A stretch of 64,000 nucleotides of DNA, taken from NCBI GenBank assembly GCA_963814005.1, contig CAWFBA010000003.1, positions 640 through 64,639 on the forward strand. Direction: 5' to 3'. The translations under genes and the position numbers were made by a program. Positions 9,860 through 20,053 of the stretch are shown in pieces. This stretch comes from an uncultured Thermoleophilaceae bacterium (GTDB taxonomy: Bacteria > Actinomycetota > Thermoleophilia > Solirubrobacterales > Thermoleophilaceae). The notes below the pieces were generated by a model, which saw nothing but the letters and a program-made list of their open reading frames with translations, did no database searches and was not told the origin of the DNA. The first letter of the stretch is position 1. Each line of letters begins with the position of its first letter.

Positions 9860-10942
9860 ATGCGTATCTTGACCGTCATCGGCAACCGCCCCCAGTTCGT
9901 GAAGGCGGCGGCCGTCTCGCGCGTCCTGCGCTCGGAGCACGACGAGCTGCTCGTGCACACGGGTCAGCATTACGACGACGAGCTCTCGCGCGTGTTCTTC
10001 GACGAGCTAGGCGTGCCCCCTCCCGACCGCCAGCTGGGGGCGGGCGGAGGCACCAACACCGAGCAGACCGCGCGGATCCTGGGACTGCTCGAGCACGAGC
10101 TGGCTGACGCGCGGCCCGACCTGGCGCTGGTCTACGGCGACACCAACTCCACCTTGGCGGGAGCGCTGGCCGCCGCACAGGCCGGCGTGCCGGTGGCCCA
10201 CGTGGAGGCCGGGATGCGGTCGTTCGACCGGGCCATGCCGGAGGAGCTGAACCGCGTGCTCACAGACCACGCCAGCGATCTCCTTCTGTGCTCGACCGAG
10301 GTGGCCATGACCAACCTGGAGCGCGAGGGCGTGATCGGCGAGACGCACCTGGTGGGCGACGTTATGGCCGACGTGTCGCTGGCCTTTCGCGGGCCGGCAC
10401 AGGAGCGCTCAGCCGTGCTCGAGCGCCACGGCCTGGAGCCCTCGGGCTACGTCCTGGCCACGGCTCACCGCGCGGGCACCGTGGACGACCCCGGCAACCT
10501 GCGGCTGTTGGTGGAGCTCCTGGAGAACCTGCCGCTGCCGTGCGTGCTGCCGCTGCATCCGCGCACCGCGGCCAGGCTGGATGCCGCCGGGCTCCGCGAG
10601 CGCCTGGACCGGCCGGCCGCCGGCGTGCTCGTGCTGCCGCCGCTCGGCTACCTGGACTTCACCAAGCTGGCCATGCACGCGCGGGCGATCCTCACCGACT
10701 CGGGCGGCGTGCAGAAGGAGGCGTACCTGCTGGGCGTGCCGTGCGTGACGCTGCGCGAGCGCACCGAGTGGACGGAGACCGTGGACGCCGGCTGGAACAC
10801 GCTGGTGGGCCTGGACCGGGAGGCCGCGCTGGCCGCACTGAGCGCCCCGCCGCCGCCCGGCGAGCGCCCCGAGCTGTACGGCGGAGGGCGCGCCGCACAG
10901 CGAATCGGCGAGGTGCTGGCCGCCTACACTCCTCGGCCATGA
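9860..10942 (+). CDS. wecB: UDP-N-acetylglucosamine 2-epimerase (non-hydrolysing, WecB/WbpI family)
   Basis: MRILTVIGNRPQFVKAA...HTGQHYD..LS..FF..L, DTNSTLAGALAA, HVEAGMRSFD. Start taken at the MRIL ATG inside ORF 9845..10942. Confidence 0.9.
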   Translation: MRILTVIGNRPQFVKAAAVSRVLRSEHDELLVHTGQHYDDELSRVFFDELGVPPPDRQLGAGGGTNTEQTARILGLLEHELADARPDLALVYGDTNSTLAGALAAAQAGVPVAHVEAGMRSFDRAMPEELNRVLTDHASDLLLCSTEVAMTNLEREGVIGETHLVGDVMADVSLAFRGPAQERSAVLERHGLEPSGYVLATAHRAGTVDDPGNLRLLVELLENLPLPCVLPLHPRTAARLDAAGLRERLDRPAAGVLVLPPLGYLDFTKLAMHARAILTDSGGVQKEAYLLGVPCVTLRERTEWTETVDAGWNTLVGLDREAALAALSAPPPPGERPELYGGGRAAQRIGEVLAAYTPRP

Positions 10943-10961
10943 AGCGAGCGCGAGGGCAGTC

Positions 10962-12209
10962 GTGAAGGTAGGGGTCGTGGGCCTGGGATACGTGGGCCTC
11001 CCGCTGGCGATCGCCCTCGCCGAGGAGGGGCACGACGTCGTGGGCGTCGACGCGGACGGGCGCCGGGTGGCCGCGATCGGCCGGGGCGAGAGCTACGTGG
11101 AGGACGTGACCTCCGAGCGGCTCGCCGCGGCGTCCGAGCGGCTGCAGGCCAGCGGGCGCTACGACGACCTCGCCGCCGCGGAGGCCGTGCTCATCGCGGT
11201 TCCCACGCCCCTGACTCGCAACCGCGAGCCCGATCTTGGGGCGCTGGTGTCGGCGGGCGGTTCGCTGGCCGGCGTCCTGCGCAAGGGGCAGCTGGTCGTG
11301 CTGGAGTCCACCACCTATCCGGGCACCACCCGGGAGCGGCTGGTGCCGCTGCTGGAGGAGTCGGGCCTGGCCGCCGGGCGGGACTTCAACGTGGCTTATT
11401 CGCCCGAGCGCGTGGACCCCGGCCGCACCGACTACACGCTGCGCACCACCCCGAAGGTGGTGGGCGGACTCACACCGGCCTGCCTCGAGCGCGCCGTCGC
11501 CCTGTACGAGCAGGTGTGCGACGACGTGGTTGCCGTTTCCGGCCCGGAGGCCGCCGAGCTGTCCAAGCTGCTGGAGAACGTCTTCCGGTCGGTGAACATC
11601 GCGCTCGTCAACGAGCTGGCGATGCTGTGCGATCGGATGGGAATCGACATCTGGGAGGTCGTCGACGCGGCGGCCACCAAGCCCTATGGCTTCATGCGGT
11701 TCGAGCCGGGGCCGGGCATGGGCGGCCACTGCCTTCCCGTGGACCCCTTCTACCTCTCGTGGAAGGCGCGCGAGTACGGACAGCCCACGGAGTTCGTGGA
11801 GCTGGCGGGCGAGGTCAACCAGCGCATGCCCGAGTTCTGCGTCGAGCGCATCGCGCGGGCGCTGAACGACCACTCCAAGGCCGTGCGCGGATCGCGGATC
11901 GTGATCATCGGCGTGTCGTACAAGCCGGGCGTGGGCGACCTGCGCGAGTCGCCGGCCATCAAGATCATGCGTCACCTGGCCGAGCGCGGGGCGGAGCTCG
12001 TCTACCACGACGATCACGTGCCGGAGCTGCCCGAGCACGATCTCGAGTCGGAGCCGCTGGACGCCGCCCTGGCGGGCGCGGACTGTGCGGTGATCGTGAC
12101 TGCCCACCCGGGGCTCGACGTTCGTGGCGTGCTGGAGAAGGCGCCGCTGCTGGTGGACTTCCGTGGCGTCTCGCGCGGCATCGAGGCGCCGAACCTGGTG
12201 CGCCTGTGA
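10962..12209 (+). CDS. nucleotide-sugar 6-dehydrogenase (UDP-GlcNAc/UDP-ManNAc dehydrogenase, WbpA/WecC-like)
   Basis: 415 aa with the Rossmann N-terminus VGVVGLGYVGLPLA, catalytic GGHCLPVDP, and a C-terminal UDP-binding domain (GVSYKPGVGDLRESPA). Confidence 0.9.
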   Translation: MKVGVVGLGYVGLPLAIALAEEGHDVVGVDADGRRVAAIGRGESYVEDVTSERLAAASERLQASGRYDDLAAAEAVLIAVPTPLTRNREPDLGALVSAGGSLAGVLRKGQLVVLESTTYPGTTRERLVPLLEESGLAAGRDFNVAYSPERVDPGRTDYTLRTTPKVVGGLTPACLERAVALYEQVCDDVVAVSGPEAAELSKLLENVFRSVNIALVNELAMLCDRMGIDIWEVVDAAATKPYGFMRFEPGPGMGGHCLPVDPFYLSWKAREYGQPTEFVELAGEVNQRMPEFCVERIARALNDHSKAVRGSRIVIIGVSYKPGVGDLRESPAIKIMRHLAERGAELVYHDDHVPELPEHDLESEPLDAALAGADCAVIVTAHPGLDVRGVLEKAPLLVDFRGVSRGIEAPNLVRL

Positions 12210-13216
12210 CCGCCGGCGCCGCGGTGCGCGTCGGGGTCGTGGGCCTGGGCTACTGGGGCCCGAACCTCGCGCGCAACTTCGGGCGGCTGGCGGGAGCCGA
12301 GCTGGCCTGGCTCTGCGACGGGTCGGCCGACGTGGCCGCGCGGCTGGCTCCTTCCTTCCCGGGGGCCCGCGTGGCCACCGACCTGCAGGAGCTCCTGGAC
12401 GACCCGGCCCTGGACGCGGTCGTGGTGGCCACGCCCGTGCCCACCCACGCCGACCTGGCGGAGCGAGTGCTTGGCGCGGGCAAGCACTGCTTCGTGGAGA
12501 AGCCGCTGGCCCAGTCCTCGGCCGATGCCGAGCGCGCCGTTGCGGCCGCCGCTGACGCGGGCCGGGTGCTCATGGTCGGCCACCTCTTGGAATACCACCC
12601 CGGCCTGGAGCAGCTGCGCGAGCTCAGCGCCGCGGGCGAGCTCGGCGACATCCACTACATCTATGGCAACCGGCTCAACCTGGGGAAGCTGCGCGCGGAG
12701 GAGAACGCGCTGTGGAGCCTGGGCGCTCATGACGTGTCCGTGGTGCTGCGCCTGGCGGGCGAGGAGCCGTCGGAGTGCACGGCCGTGGGCGAGTCCTACA
12801 TGCGCGCCGGCGTCGAGGACGTGGTGTTCTGCTACCTGCGCTTCCCCTCGGGCCTGGCCGCTCACCTGCACCTGTCCTGGCTCGACCCGCACAAGGAGCG
12901 GCGCTTCACCGTCGTGGGGTCACGAAAGATGGCCACGTTCGACGACATGGAGGTCGAGCGAAAGCTCACCGTCTACGACAAGGGCTTCGACGAGGACTTC
13001 GCCTCCTACGGCGAGTACATCGCCCGCTCGGGCGACGTCTGGAGCCCGCGGGTGCCCAACGACGAGCCGCTGCGGATCGAGTGCGAGCACTTCGTGGAGT
13101 GCGTCCGCGACGGGACCTCCCCGCGGTCCGATGGCCAGAGCGGGCTGCGGGTGGTGCGGGTGCTGGAGGAGCTGCAGCGCTCACTCGACGGAAGCCGGCG
13201 TGCTCAGGCCGTCTGA
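12206..13216 (+). CDS. Gfo/Idh/MocA-family oxidoreductase (WbpB-like sugar 3-dehydrogenase candidate)
   Basis: GTG start overlaps the upstream TGA (GTGA). VGVVGLGYWGPNLARNF and CFVEKPLA motifs. Forms the 3' half of ORF 11516..13216. Confidence 0.82.
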   Translation: MTAGAAVRVGVVGLGYWGPNLARNFGRLAGAELAWLCDGSADVAARLAPSFPGARVATDLQELLDDPALDAVVVATPVPTHADLAERVLGAGKHCFVEKPLAQSSADAERAVAAAADAGRVLMVGHLLEYHPGLEQLRELSAAGELGDIHYIYGNRLNLGKLRAEENALWSLGAHDVSVVLRLAGEEPSECTAVGESYMRAGVEDVVFCYLRFPSGLAAHLHLSWLDPHKERRFTVVGSRKMATFDDMEVERKLTVYDKGFDEDFASYGEYIARSGDVWSPRVPNDEPLRIECEHFVECVRDGTSPRSDGQSGLRVVRVLEELQRSLDGSRRAQAV

Positions 13217-13910
13217 CCGCGCCCCCGGCCTGCTGCTGGGAGAGGGCGTCGAGCTGCCCCCCACCGTCGAGATCGGTGGCAACGTGGTGGTGCACGCGGG
13301 CACGCACGTGGGTGGTGAGGTCCGGATCCAGGATGGCGCCGTGCTCGGCAAGCCGGTGGCCCTGGGGCCGGCGTCGAGGGCCAACGCCGAGGCGCCCGCG
13401 CCCGCCACCGTCGGGGCGGGCGCCACGATCGGAGCCGGTGCCGTGGTGCTGGCCGGGGCGGAGATCGGCGAGCGTGCCGTGGTGGCCGACCAGGCGCACG
13501 TGCGCGAGCGCGCGCGAGTGGGCGCCGGATCGGTGATCGGCCGCGGCTCTGCGGTGGACAACGACGTGGTGGTCGGCGCCCGCGTGAAGGTGCAGACGGG
13601 GTGCTATCTGACCGCCTTCTCGGTGGTGGAGGACGACGTGTTCGTCGCCCCCGGGGTCACGCTGACCAACGACAACACGATGGGCCGCCACGCGCCCGGG
13701 CACGAGCTTCGCGGCGCCACGCTGCGGCGGGCGTGCCGGGTGGGCGGTGGCGCCGTGCTGGCGCCCGGGGTGGAGGTCGGCGAGGAGGCCTTCGTCGCGG
13801 CCGGCGCGGTGGTGGTGGCCGACGTGGCGCCCCGGGCGGTGGTCATGGGCGTGCCCGCCCAGGTGGTCCGCGAGGTCCCCGGCGAGGACCTCCTGGAGGC
13901 CTGGCGGTGA
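13200..13910 (+). CDS. hexapeptide-repeat (left-handed beta-helix) acetyltransferase, WbpD-like candidate
   Basis: 3' part of ORF 12471..13910 with repeated [LIV]G.... hexapeptide pattern (IGAGAVVLAGAEIGERAVVADQAHV...). Start overlaps the end of the upstream gene. Confidence 0.75.
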   Translation: MLRPSDRAPGLLLGEGVELPPTVEIGGNVVVHAGTHVGGEVRIQDGAVLGKPVALGPASRANAEAPAPATVGAGATIGAGAVVLAGAEIGERAVVADQAHVRERARVGAGSVIGRGSAVDNDVVVGARVKVQTGCYLTAFSVVEDDVFVAPGVTLTNDNTMGRHAPGHELRGATLRRACRVGGGAVLAPGVEVGEEAFVAAGAVVVADVAPRAVVMGVPAQVVREVPGEDLLEAWR

Positions 13911-14578
13911 GGCTGCGCCGGCGCGGCCCGAAGGGCCTGCTGGAGAGCCGGCGCACTGTGGCGCTGGCGGCGGTGGCCGCCGCCACCACGGGGGCTGTCA
14001 TGGCCGTGGAGTTCGGCAGGGTGTGGCGCCGGGGGTCCGCCGACCTGCCCGGTGAGGCCGATGACCCTCTGCTCGCGGCGGCCGAGGCCGCTGCGGAGAC
14101 CGCCGCGGTGGCCCGCACGGGCTATCGCGAGGTCTCGACGCGCGAGAACGCGATGTTCAACCTGCTCACCTCGTTCGTCACCGCGTTCGTGACCGCTCGC
14201 ATGATCAGCACGCTGCTCAGAGGCAGGCCGAGCGTCGGGCCGTTTCGCAACGTGCGGCTGGGGCGGCGGCACATCCATCACTTCGTGCCGGGGATCGTCC
14301 TGGCGTTCGTGACGGGCGCGGCGGCCATCGTCACGCGGGACGAGGCCATCGAGCCGTGGCTGGCCATCCCGTTCGGAGCGGGGATGGGCCTGACGCTCGA
14401 CGAGTCGGCGCTGCTGCTGGAGCTCGACGACGTGTACTGGTCCGAGGAGGGCATTGTGAGCGTGCAGATCGCGCTGGCGGTCACGGCCCTCCTCGCCGCC
14501 GTGGCGCTGGCCACGCGGTTCCTGCGCCGCGGCGAGCAGGTGGTGCTCGAGCACGAGCCATCCGCCGAGGCGCATTAG
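13907..14578 (+). CDS. integral membrane protein, unknown function
   Basis: GTG overlaps the upstream stop (GTGA). Several TM helices (FNLLTSFVTAFVTARMI, HHFVPGIVLAFVTGAAAIV). No family recognised. Confidence 0.55.
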   Translation: MRLRRRGPKGLLESRRTVALAAVAAATTGAVMAVEFGRVWRRGSADLPGEADDPLLAAAEAAAETAAVARTGYREVSTRENAMFNLLTSFVTAFVTARMISTLLRGRPSVGPFRNVRLGRRHIHHFVPGIVLAFVTGAAAIVTRDEAIEPWLAIPFGAGMGLTLDESALLLELDDVYWSEEGIVSVQIALAVTALLAAVALATRFLRRGEQVVLEHEPSAEAH

Positions 14579-14588
14579 AGTCCGGCCC

Positions 14589-15299
14589 ATGGAATCCGGC
14601 CCAGGTCCTCAGAGCCCTCGTCCCGAGGGAGGGGAGGGCCCGCCGCCGTCTGGTCCCCAGAGCCCCGCGCCGCCCAGCGGGCCGCAGAGCCCCGCGCCCG
14701 CCGCGCCTCCCGCCGCGCCGGGCCCCGAGTCGCCGGGCGGCGCTCCGATCGCGCCCGAGCACGGTGGGCCAGTGCCACCCGGCGGATGGCAGGCGCCGAT
14801 CGCGCAGCAGGGCTACCAGCCGCCCGGCCAGCTCGCCAGCTGGGGCAGCCGCTTCGGCGCCTACCTGCTCGACGGGCTCATCATCGCCGTGCCGGCGTTG
14901 ATCATCCTCGGGCTGTTCGGAATCGGCTTCGCGTTCAACTCCGACAGCGACAACAGCGGGTTCTTCGCCCTGGTCGGCGGCGCCATCCTCACCGTGCTCG
15001 CGTTCGTGGTGATCTCGCTGATCTACGCGCCGATGCTCATGAAGCGCGATGGTGCCCGCAACGGCCAGACGCTGGGCAAGCAGTTCGTCGGCATCAGGGT
15101 CGTCCGGGACAACGGGCAGCCCTACGACTTCTGGAACGCCGCGCTGCGCGAGGTGGTGGTCAAGAGCCTGGCGGTGGGAGTCGCCTCGTCGATCATCCCG
15201 ATCCTGCCGTGGTTACTGAACTTCTTATGGCCCCTGTGGGACGACGAGAACCGCGCCCTCCACGACATGGTCGTGAAGAGCCACGTGATTCGCGCCTGA
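14589..15299 (+). CDS. RDD-family membrane protein with a Pro-rich, tandemly repeated N-terminus
   Basis: 236 aa. GPQSPAPPSGPQSPAP repeat, then the RDD-like core (RFGAYLLDGLI ... LMKRDGARNGQTLGKQFVGIRVV). Confidence 0.75.
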   Translation: MESGPGPQSPRPEGGEGPPPSGPQSPAPPSGPQSPAPAAPPAAPGPESPGGAPIAPEHGGPVPPGGWQAPIAQQGYQPPGQLASWGSRFGAYLLDGLIIAVPALIILGLFGIGFAFNSDSDNSGFFALVGGAILTVLAFVVISLIYAPMLMKRDGARNGQTLGKQFVGIRVVRDNGQPYDFWNAALREVVVKSLAVGVASSIIPILPWLLNFLWPLWDDENRALHDMVVKSHVIRA

Positions 15300-16634
<1,335 letters not shown>

Positions 16635-17362
16635 CTAGCCGCCCGCCGTCACGCGGAGGTCGGGCCCCATGATCGGCAGCGGGTCCCCGCAGATCTCCAG
16701 CAGGCGCGACACCGTGCGCGCGCCCACCTGGTCGCGGAGCTCGTCGAGGTCGGTGATGTTGGTGGTGATCACGATCGAGCGCTGATCCTGCCAGCGCTCG
16801 TTGACTATCGCGTACAGCTGCTCGAGCACCCATTCCGTGCGCTTCTCGGCACCGAGGTCGTCCAGCTGCAGCAGGTCCACCGAGCAGAGGCGCCGGAAGA
16901 GGCGCATGTAGGAGCCGCCGCTCTGGCTGTCGTAGGTGTCCTTGATCTCGGCCAGCAGGCGGGTGACCGGATAGATGGCCACCGAGCGCCCGGCGCGCTC
17001 GGCCGCGAGCGACACGAGCATCGCAAGGGAGGTCTTGCCGGTGCCCACGTCGCCGCCGAACCACAGCCCCGGCCCTCGTCGATGTTGTCGTCGATGCTCC
17101 GGACGAACGCCTGCACGTGGCGGAGCAGCGACGGGTGCAGGTCACAGATGGGCTTGCGGTCGAGCGAGACCCCACGGAAGCGCTTGGGAACGCCGGTGCC
17201 CATGCCGCGGCTCACGGCCCGCCCGATCATGCGCTCGCGGCACTCGCACGGCTCGGCGGTGTCGTCGTCGCGCAGGATCCAGCCCGTCCCGTCGCAGACG
17301 CCGACGGGGCACGGCGGCCCCGCCTTCTGCTCGTCGGGCGGATCGGGGACGGGGCGGAGCAC
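16635..17362 (-). CDS. DnaC/DnaI/IstB-like AAA+ ATPase (putative helicase loader) with a Cys-rich N-terminus; one apparent frameshift near 17066
   Basis: The N-terminal ORF (CPVGVCDGTGW...CEC, ...IDEGRG) joins, after a 1-nt shift, to LWFGGDVGTGKTSLAM (Walker A) and LLQLDDLGAE (Walker B). It begins 2 nt after the dnaB stop. Confidence 0.78.
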
Positions 17363-17363
17363 C

Positions 17364-18752
17364 TCAGCCCACCCCGGCGCCGGCGATCGCAGCGGTCTCG
17401 CGCTCGCGCGCGATGCTCACGAACTTGGGGTAGCGGTCGAGGAAGGTCAGGTCGACCGAGCCGACCGGGCCGTTGCGGTGCTTGCCGATGATGATCTCGC
17501 CGATACCCGGCTTCTCGGAGGCCTCCTTGGTGTAGTACTCGTCGCGGTAGACGAACATCACGAGGTCGGCGTCCTGCTCGATGTTGCCGCTCTCGCGCAG
17601 GTCGGCCATCATCGGCCGCTTGTCGGGCCGCGCCTCGACCGCGCGTGAGAGCTGGGAGATCGCGATCACCGGGATGTGCAGCTCGCGGGCGAGGATCTTG
17701 AGCCCACGGCTGATCTTGCCGACCTGCTCGACGCGCCCGTCGCGGGGGTCCTCCGGGCGCATGAGCTGGAGGTAGTCGACGATCAGCAGCCCGAGCGGGT
17801 GCTGGTGGTGCAGCCGACGCGCCTTGGCCCGCAGCTCGAGCACGCCCAGGTCGCTCGAGTCGTCGACGAACAGGGGCGCGCGGGTGAGCTTCTCGGTGGC
17901 CGCGAGCACCTTGGGCCACTGCTCGGACTTGACGCGCCCCTTGCGCAGCGAATCGCCGTTGATCTTGGCCCGCGAGGCGATGAACCGCTGTGCGAGCTCG
18001 CCCTCGGACATCTCGAGCGAGAACAGCGCCACCGCCTTGCCGTGGTCCACCGAGGCGTTCTCGGCCATGTTGGTGGCCATGGCGGATTTGCCCATGGCCG
18101 GCCTTGCCGCCAGCACGATCAGGTTGCCGGGCTGGAAGCCGCCCGTGATCTCGTCGAGGTCCTTGAAGCCCGAGGGCGTGCCGGTGAGGCTCGTGCCCTC
18201 CTTGGAGAGGCGCTCGAGCTTGTCGAGCTCGTCGTGCAGGACGTCCTCGATCGAGCGCAGGCGGCTGGAGTCCTCGTTGTGACCCGCGCGGAAGATCGCC
18301 TGCTCGGCCTGCTCGATCAGCGCCAGCGGGTCGCCGCCCTCGGTGCTCACCCGCTCCTGGATCTCGCGCGCGGCGGCCAGCAGCCTGCGCAGGATCGAGT
18401 GGTCGCGCACGATCTTCGCGTAGTCGCGGACCGCGTGGACCGAGGGCACCAGCGTGGGGAGCGCGTGCACGTAGCTCTGGCCGCCGGCCTCCTCGAGCTG
18501 GTTCTCGCGCTTGAGGTCGTCGCAGACGGTGATGGCGTCGATGGCCTCCGGCTCGGCCTTCTGCTTGAGCCGGACCATCGCCCTGAAGATGAGCTGGTGG
18601 CGCGGCCGGTAGAAGTCCTCCGCCTCGAGGTGGAGGTCGATGAGGATCTGGTCGAGCGCCTGCTCGGTCATGAGGACCGTGCCCAGGACGGCGACCTCGG
18701 CCTCGTCGTTCTGCGGCGGCACGCTGCCGCTGACCTCAGCCGCGACGGCCAT
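17364..18752 (-). CDS. dnaB: replicative DNA helicase DnaB
   Basis: 462 aa from the ATG at 18752 (MAVAAEVSGSVPPQNDEAEVAVLG...). Walker A ARPAMGKSAMA; LIVDYLQLM. No intein. Confidence 0.95.
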   Translation of the reverse strand: MAVAAEVSGSVPPQNDEAEVAVLGTVLMTEQALDQILIDLHLEAEDFYRPRHQLIFRAMVRLKQKAEPEAIDAITVCDDLKRENQLEEAGGQSYVHALPTLVPSVHAVRDYAKIVRDHSILRRLLAAAREIQERVSTEGGDPLALIEQAEQAIFRAGHNEDSSRLRSIEDVLHDELDKLERLSKEGTSLTGTPSGFKDLDEITGGFQPGNLIVLAARPAMGKSAMATNMAENASVDHGKAVALFSLEMSEGELAQRFIASRAKINGDSLRKGRVKSEQWPKVLAATEKLTRAPLFVDDSSDLGVLELRAKARRLHHQHPLGLLIVDYLQLMRPEDPRDGRVEQVGKISRGLKILARELHIPVIAISQLSRAVEARPDKRPMMADLRESGNIEQDADLVMFVYRDEYYTKEASEKPGIGEIIIGKHRNGPVGSVDLTFLDRYPKFVSIARERETAAIAGAGVG

Positions 18753-18871
18753 GAGCCCTCCCGTGAGACGGCGGGGTCCGGGGGTCGCCGGGCAAGGACG
18801 CAGGGAGGGAGCACGGCATTGCCAATGCCCCGGCCGAGGACATCGCCCGGCGACCAGCCGGGGCCGCCGTC

Positions 18872-19321
18872 TTACTCGGAGGTGACGATGGTCTTGACGT
18901 CGGCGGTGACGCCGTCGGCGACCTCGACCGTGACCATGTGCGTGCCCGTGGTCTTGATGGGCTCCGTGAGCTGGATGCGACGCTTGTCGAGCTTGATCCC
19001 GCGGGCCTGGCGCACGGCGTCGGCGATCTCCTGCGCGGTGACCGAGCCGAACAGCCGGCCGTCGTCGCCCGCCTGGTGCGCGATGGTGAGCACCGTCTTG
19101 CGCAGCAGCGCCGCGTTCTCCTCCGCCCTCTCGACCTGCTCGGTGGCGGCCCGCTCGGCAGCCTCCGCTCGCCGCCTGGCGTCCGCCAGCGCTGCGTCCG
19201 TGGCCGGCTGGGCCAGCTTGCGCGGCACCAGGAAGTTGCGCAGGTAGCCCGGCGAGACGTCGACCACGTCGCCGCGCTCGCCGAGCGTGTCTACCGGTTG
19301 AAGCAGGATTGCCTGTGCCAT
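18872..19321 (-). CDS. rplI: 50S ribosomal protein L9
   Basis: 149 aa: ILLQPVDTLGERGDVVDVSPGYLRNFLVPRKLA. Confidence 0.93.
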   Translation of the reverse strand: MAQAILLQPVDTLGERGDVVDVSPGYLRNFLVPRKLAQPATDAALADARRRAEAAERAATEQVERAEENAALLRKTVLTIAHQAGDDGRLFGSVTAQEIADAVRQARGIKLDKRRIQLTEPIKTTGTHMVTVEVADGVTADVKTIVTSE

Positions 19322-19440
19322 GGGAGTCGTCCGCGCGCCCGAACGGAGGCCGCGGAGCGGCGGACTCTAGCGAGTGGCCCATGCGGCCGCCGCCCTCCGC
19401 GAGCTGGTCCGTACGGTGAGTGAACGCCAGCCGGCGTTGC

Positions 19441-19911
19441 TCAGAACGGGATGTCGTCGTCCGGGTTTCCGCCGCCTCCGCCACCACCGGTGGGGGCGGG
19501 CTGGAAGTCCGCGGTGTCCGCGGGCACGTCGCTCTGGGGCGTGAAGCGCGAGCCGTTGCCGCCGCCCTCGCTGTCGCGCGAGCCGAGGAACTGCACCGAG
19601 TCGGCGATGATGTCGACCGACTGGCGCTTGTTGCCCTCCTTGTCCTGCCACTCGCGCCACTCCAGTCGCCCGTCGACCGCCACCGGCCGGCCCTTCGCCA
19701 GGTACTGGGAGCAGTTCTCGCCCTGGGCGCCCCAGACCGTGACGTCGAAGTAGTTGGGCTTGTCGACCCACTCGCCGGAGGCGTCCTTGCGGCGGGTGTT
19801 GCAGGCCACCCGCAGCGAGCAGACGGGGGTGCCGCTGGGGGTGCTGCGAAGCTCGGGGTCGCGCGTGAGGTTGCCCGTCAGGACGACCCTGTTGATGTTG
19901 GTGGCTGCCAT
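19441..19911 (-). CDS. ssb: single-stranded DNA-binding protein
   Basis: 156 aa with an OB-fold N-terminus (NRVVLTGNLTRDPELR), a Gly-rich linker and an acidic DDDIPF tail. Confidence 0.95.
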   Translation of the reverse strand: MAATNINRVVLTGNLTRDPELRSTPSGTPVCSLRVACNTRRKDASGEWVDKPNYFDVTVWGAQGENCSQYLAKGRPVAVDGRLEWREWQDKEGNKRQSVDIIADSVQFLGSRDSEGGGNGSRFTPQSDVPADTADFQPAPTGGGGGGGNPDDDIPF

Positions 19912-20053
19912 TGGAAGTGCTCCTTCTCTTGGGCTCGGAACCTTGAAGCTCGGTGATCGAGAGTACCCATGGGGTCGGCGCGCATGGGCGGGGCCTGACG
20001 CGAAGATGCAGGAATGTCGGTGTCTTTTCGCGGAGGGGTGACGGAAGTGGCCT

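Noticed and set aside
9709-9960. Small minus-strand ORF (83 aa, or 50 aa from the internal Met) overlapping the wecB start.
   Set aside because: It has no RBS or family resemblance, its start codon would overlap the wecB ATG back-to-back, and it is probably a shadow ORF.
19322-19440. Looked for rpsR (S18) between ssb and rplI. Also considered the AACGCC-AGCC-GGCGTT hairpin (19423-19438) as a terminator.
   Set aside because: 119 nt cannot hold an S18 gene. The hairpin has only a 6-bp stem and no U-tract, which is too weak to call a terminator.
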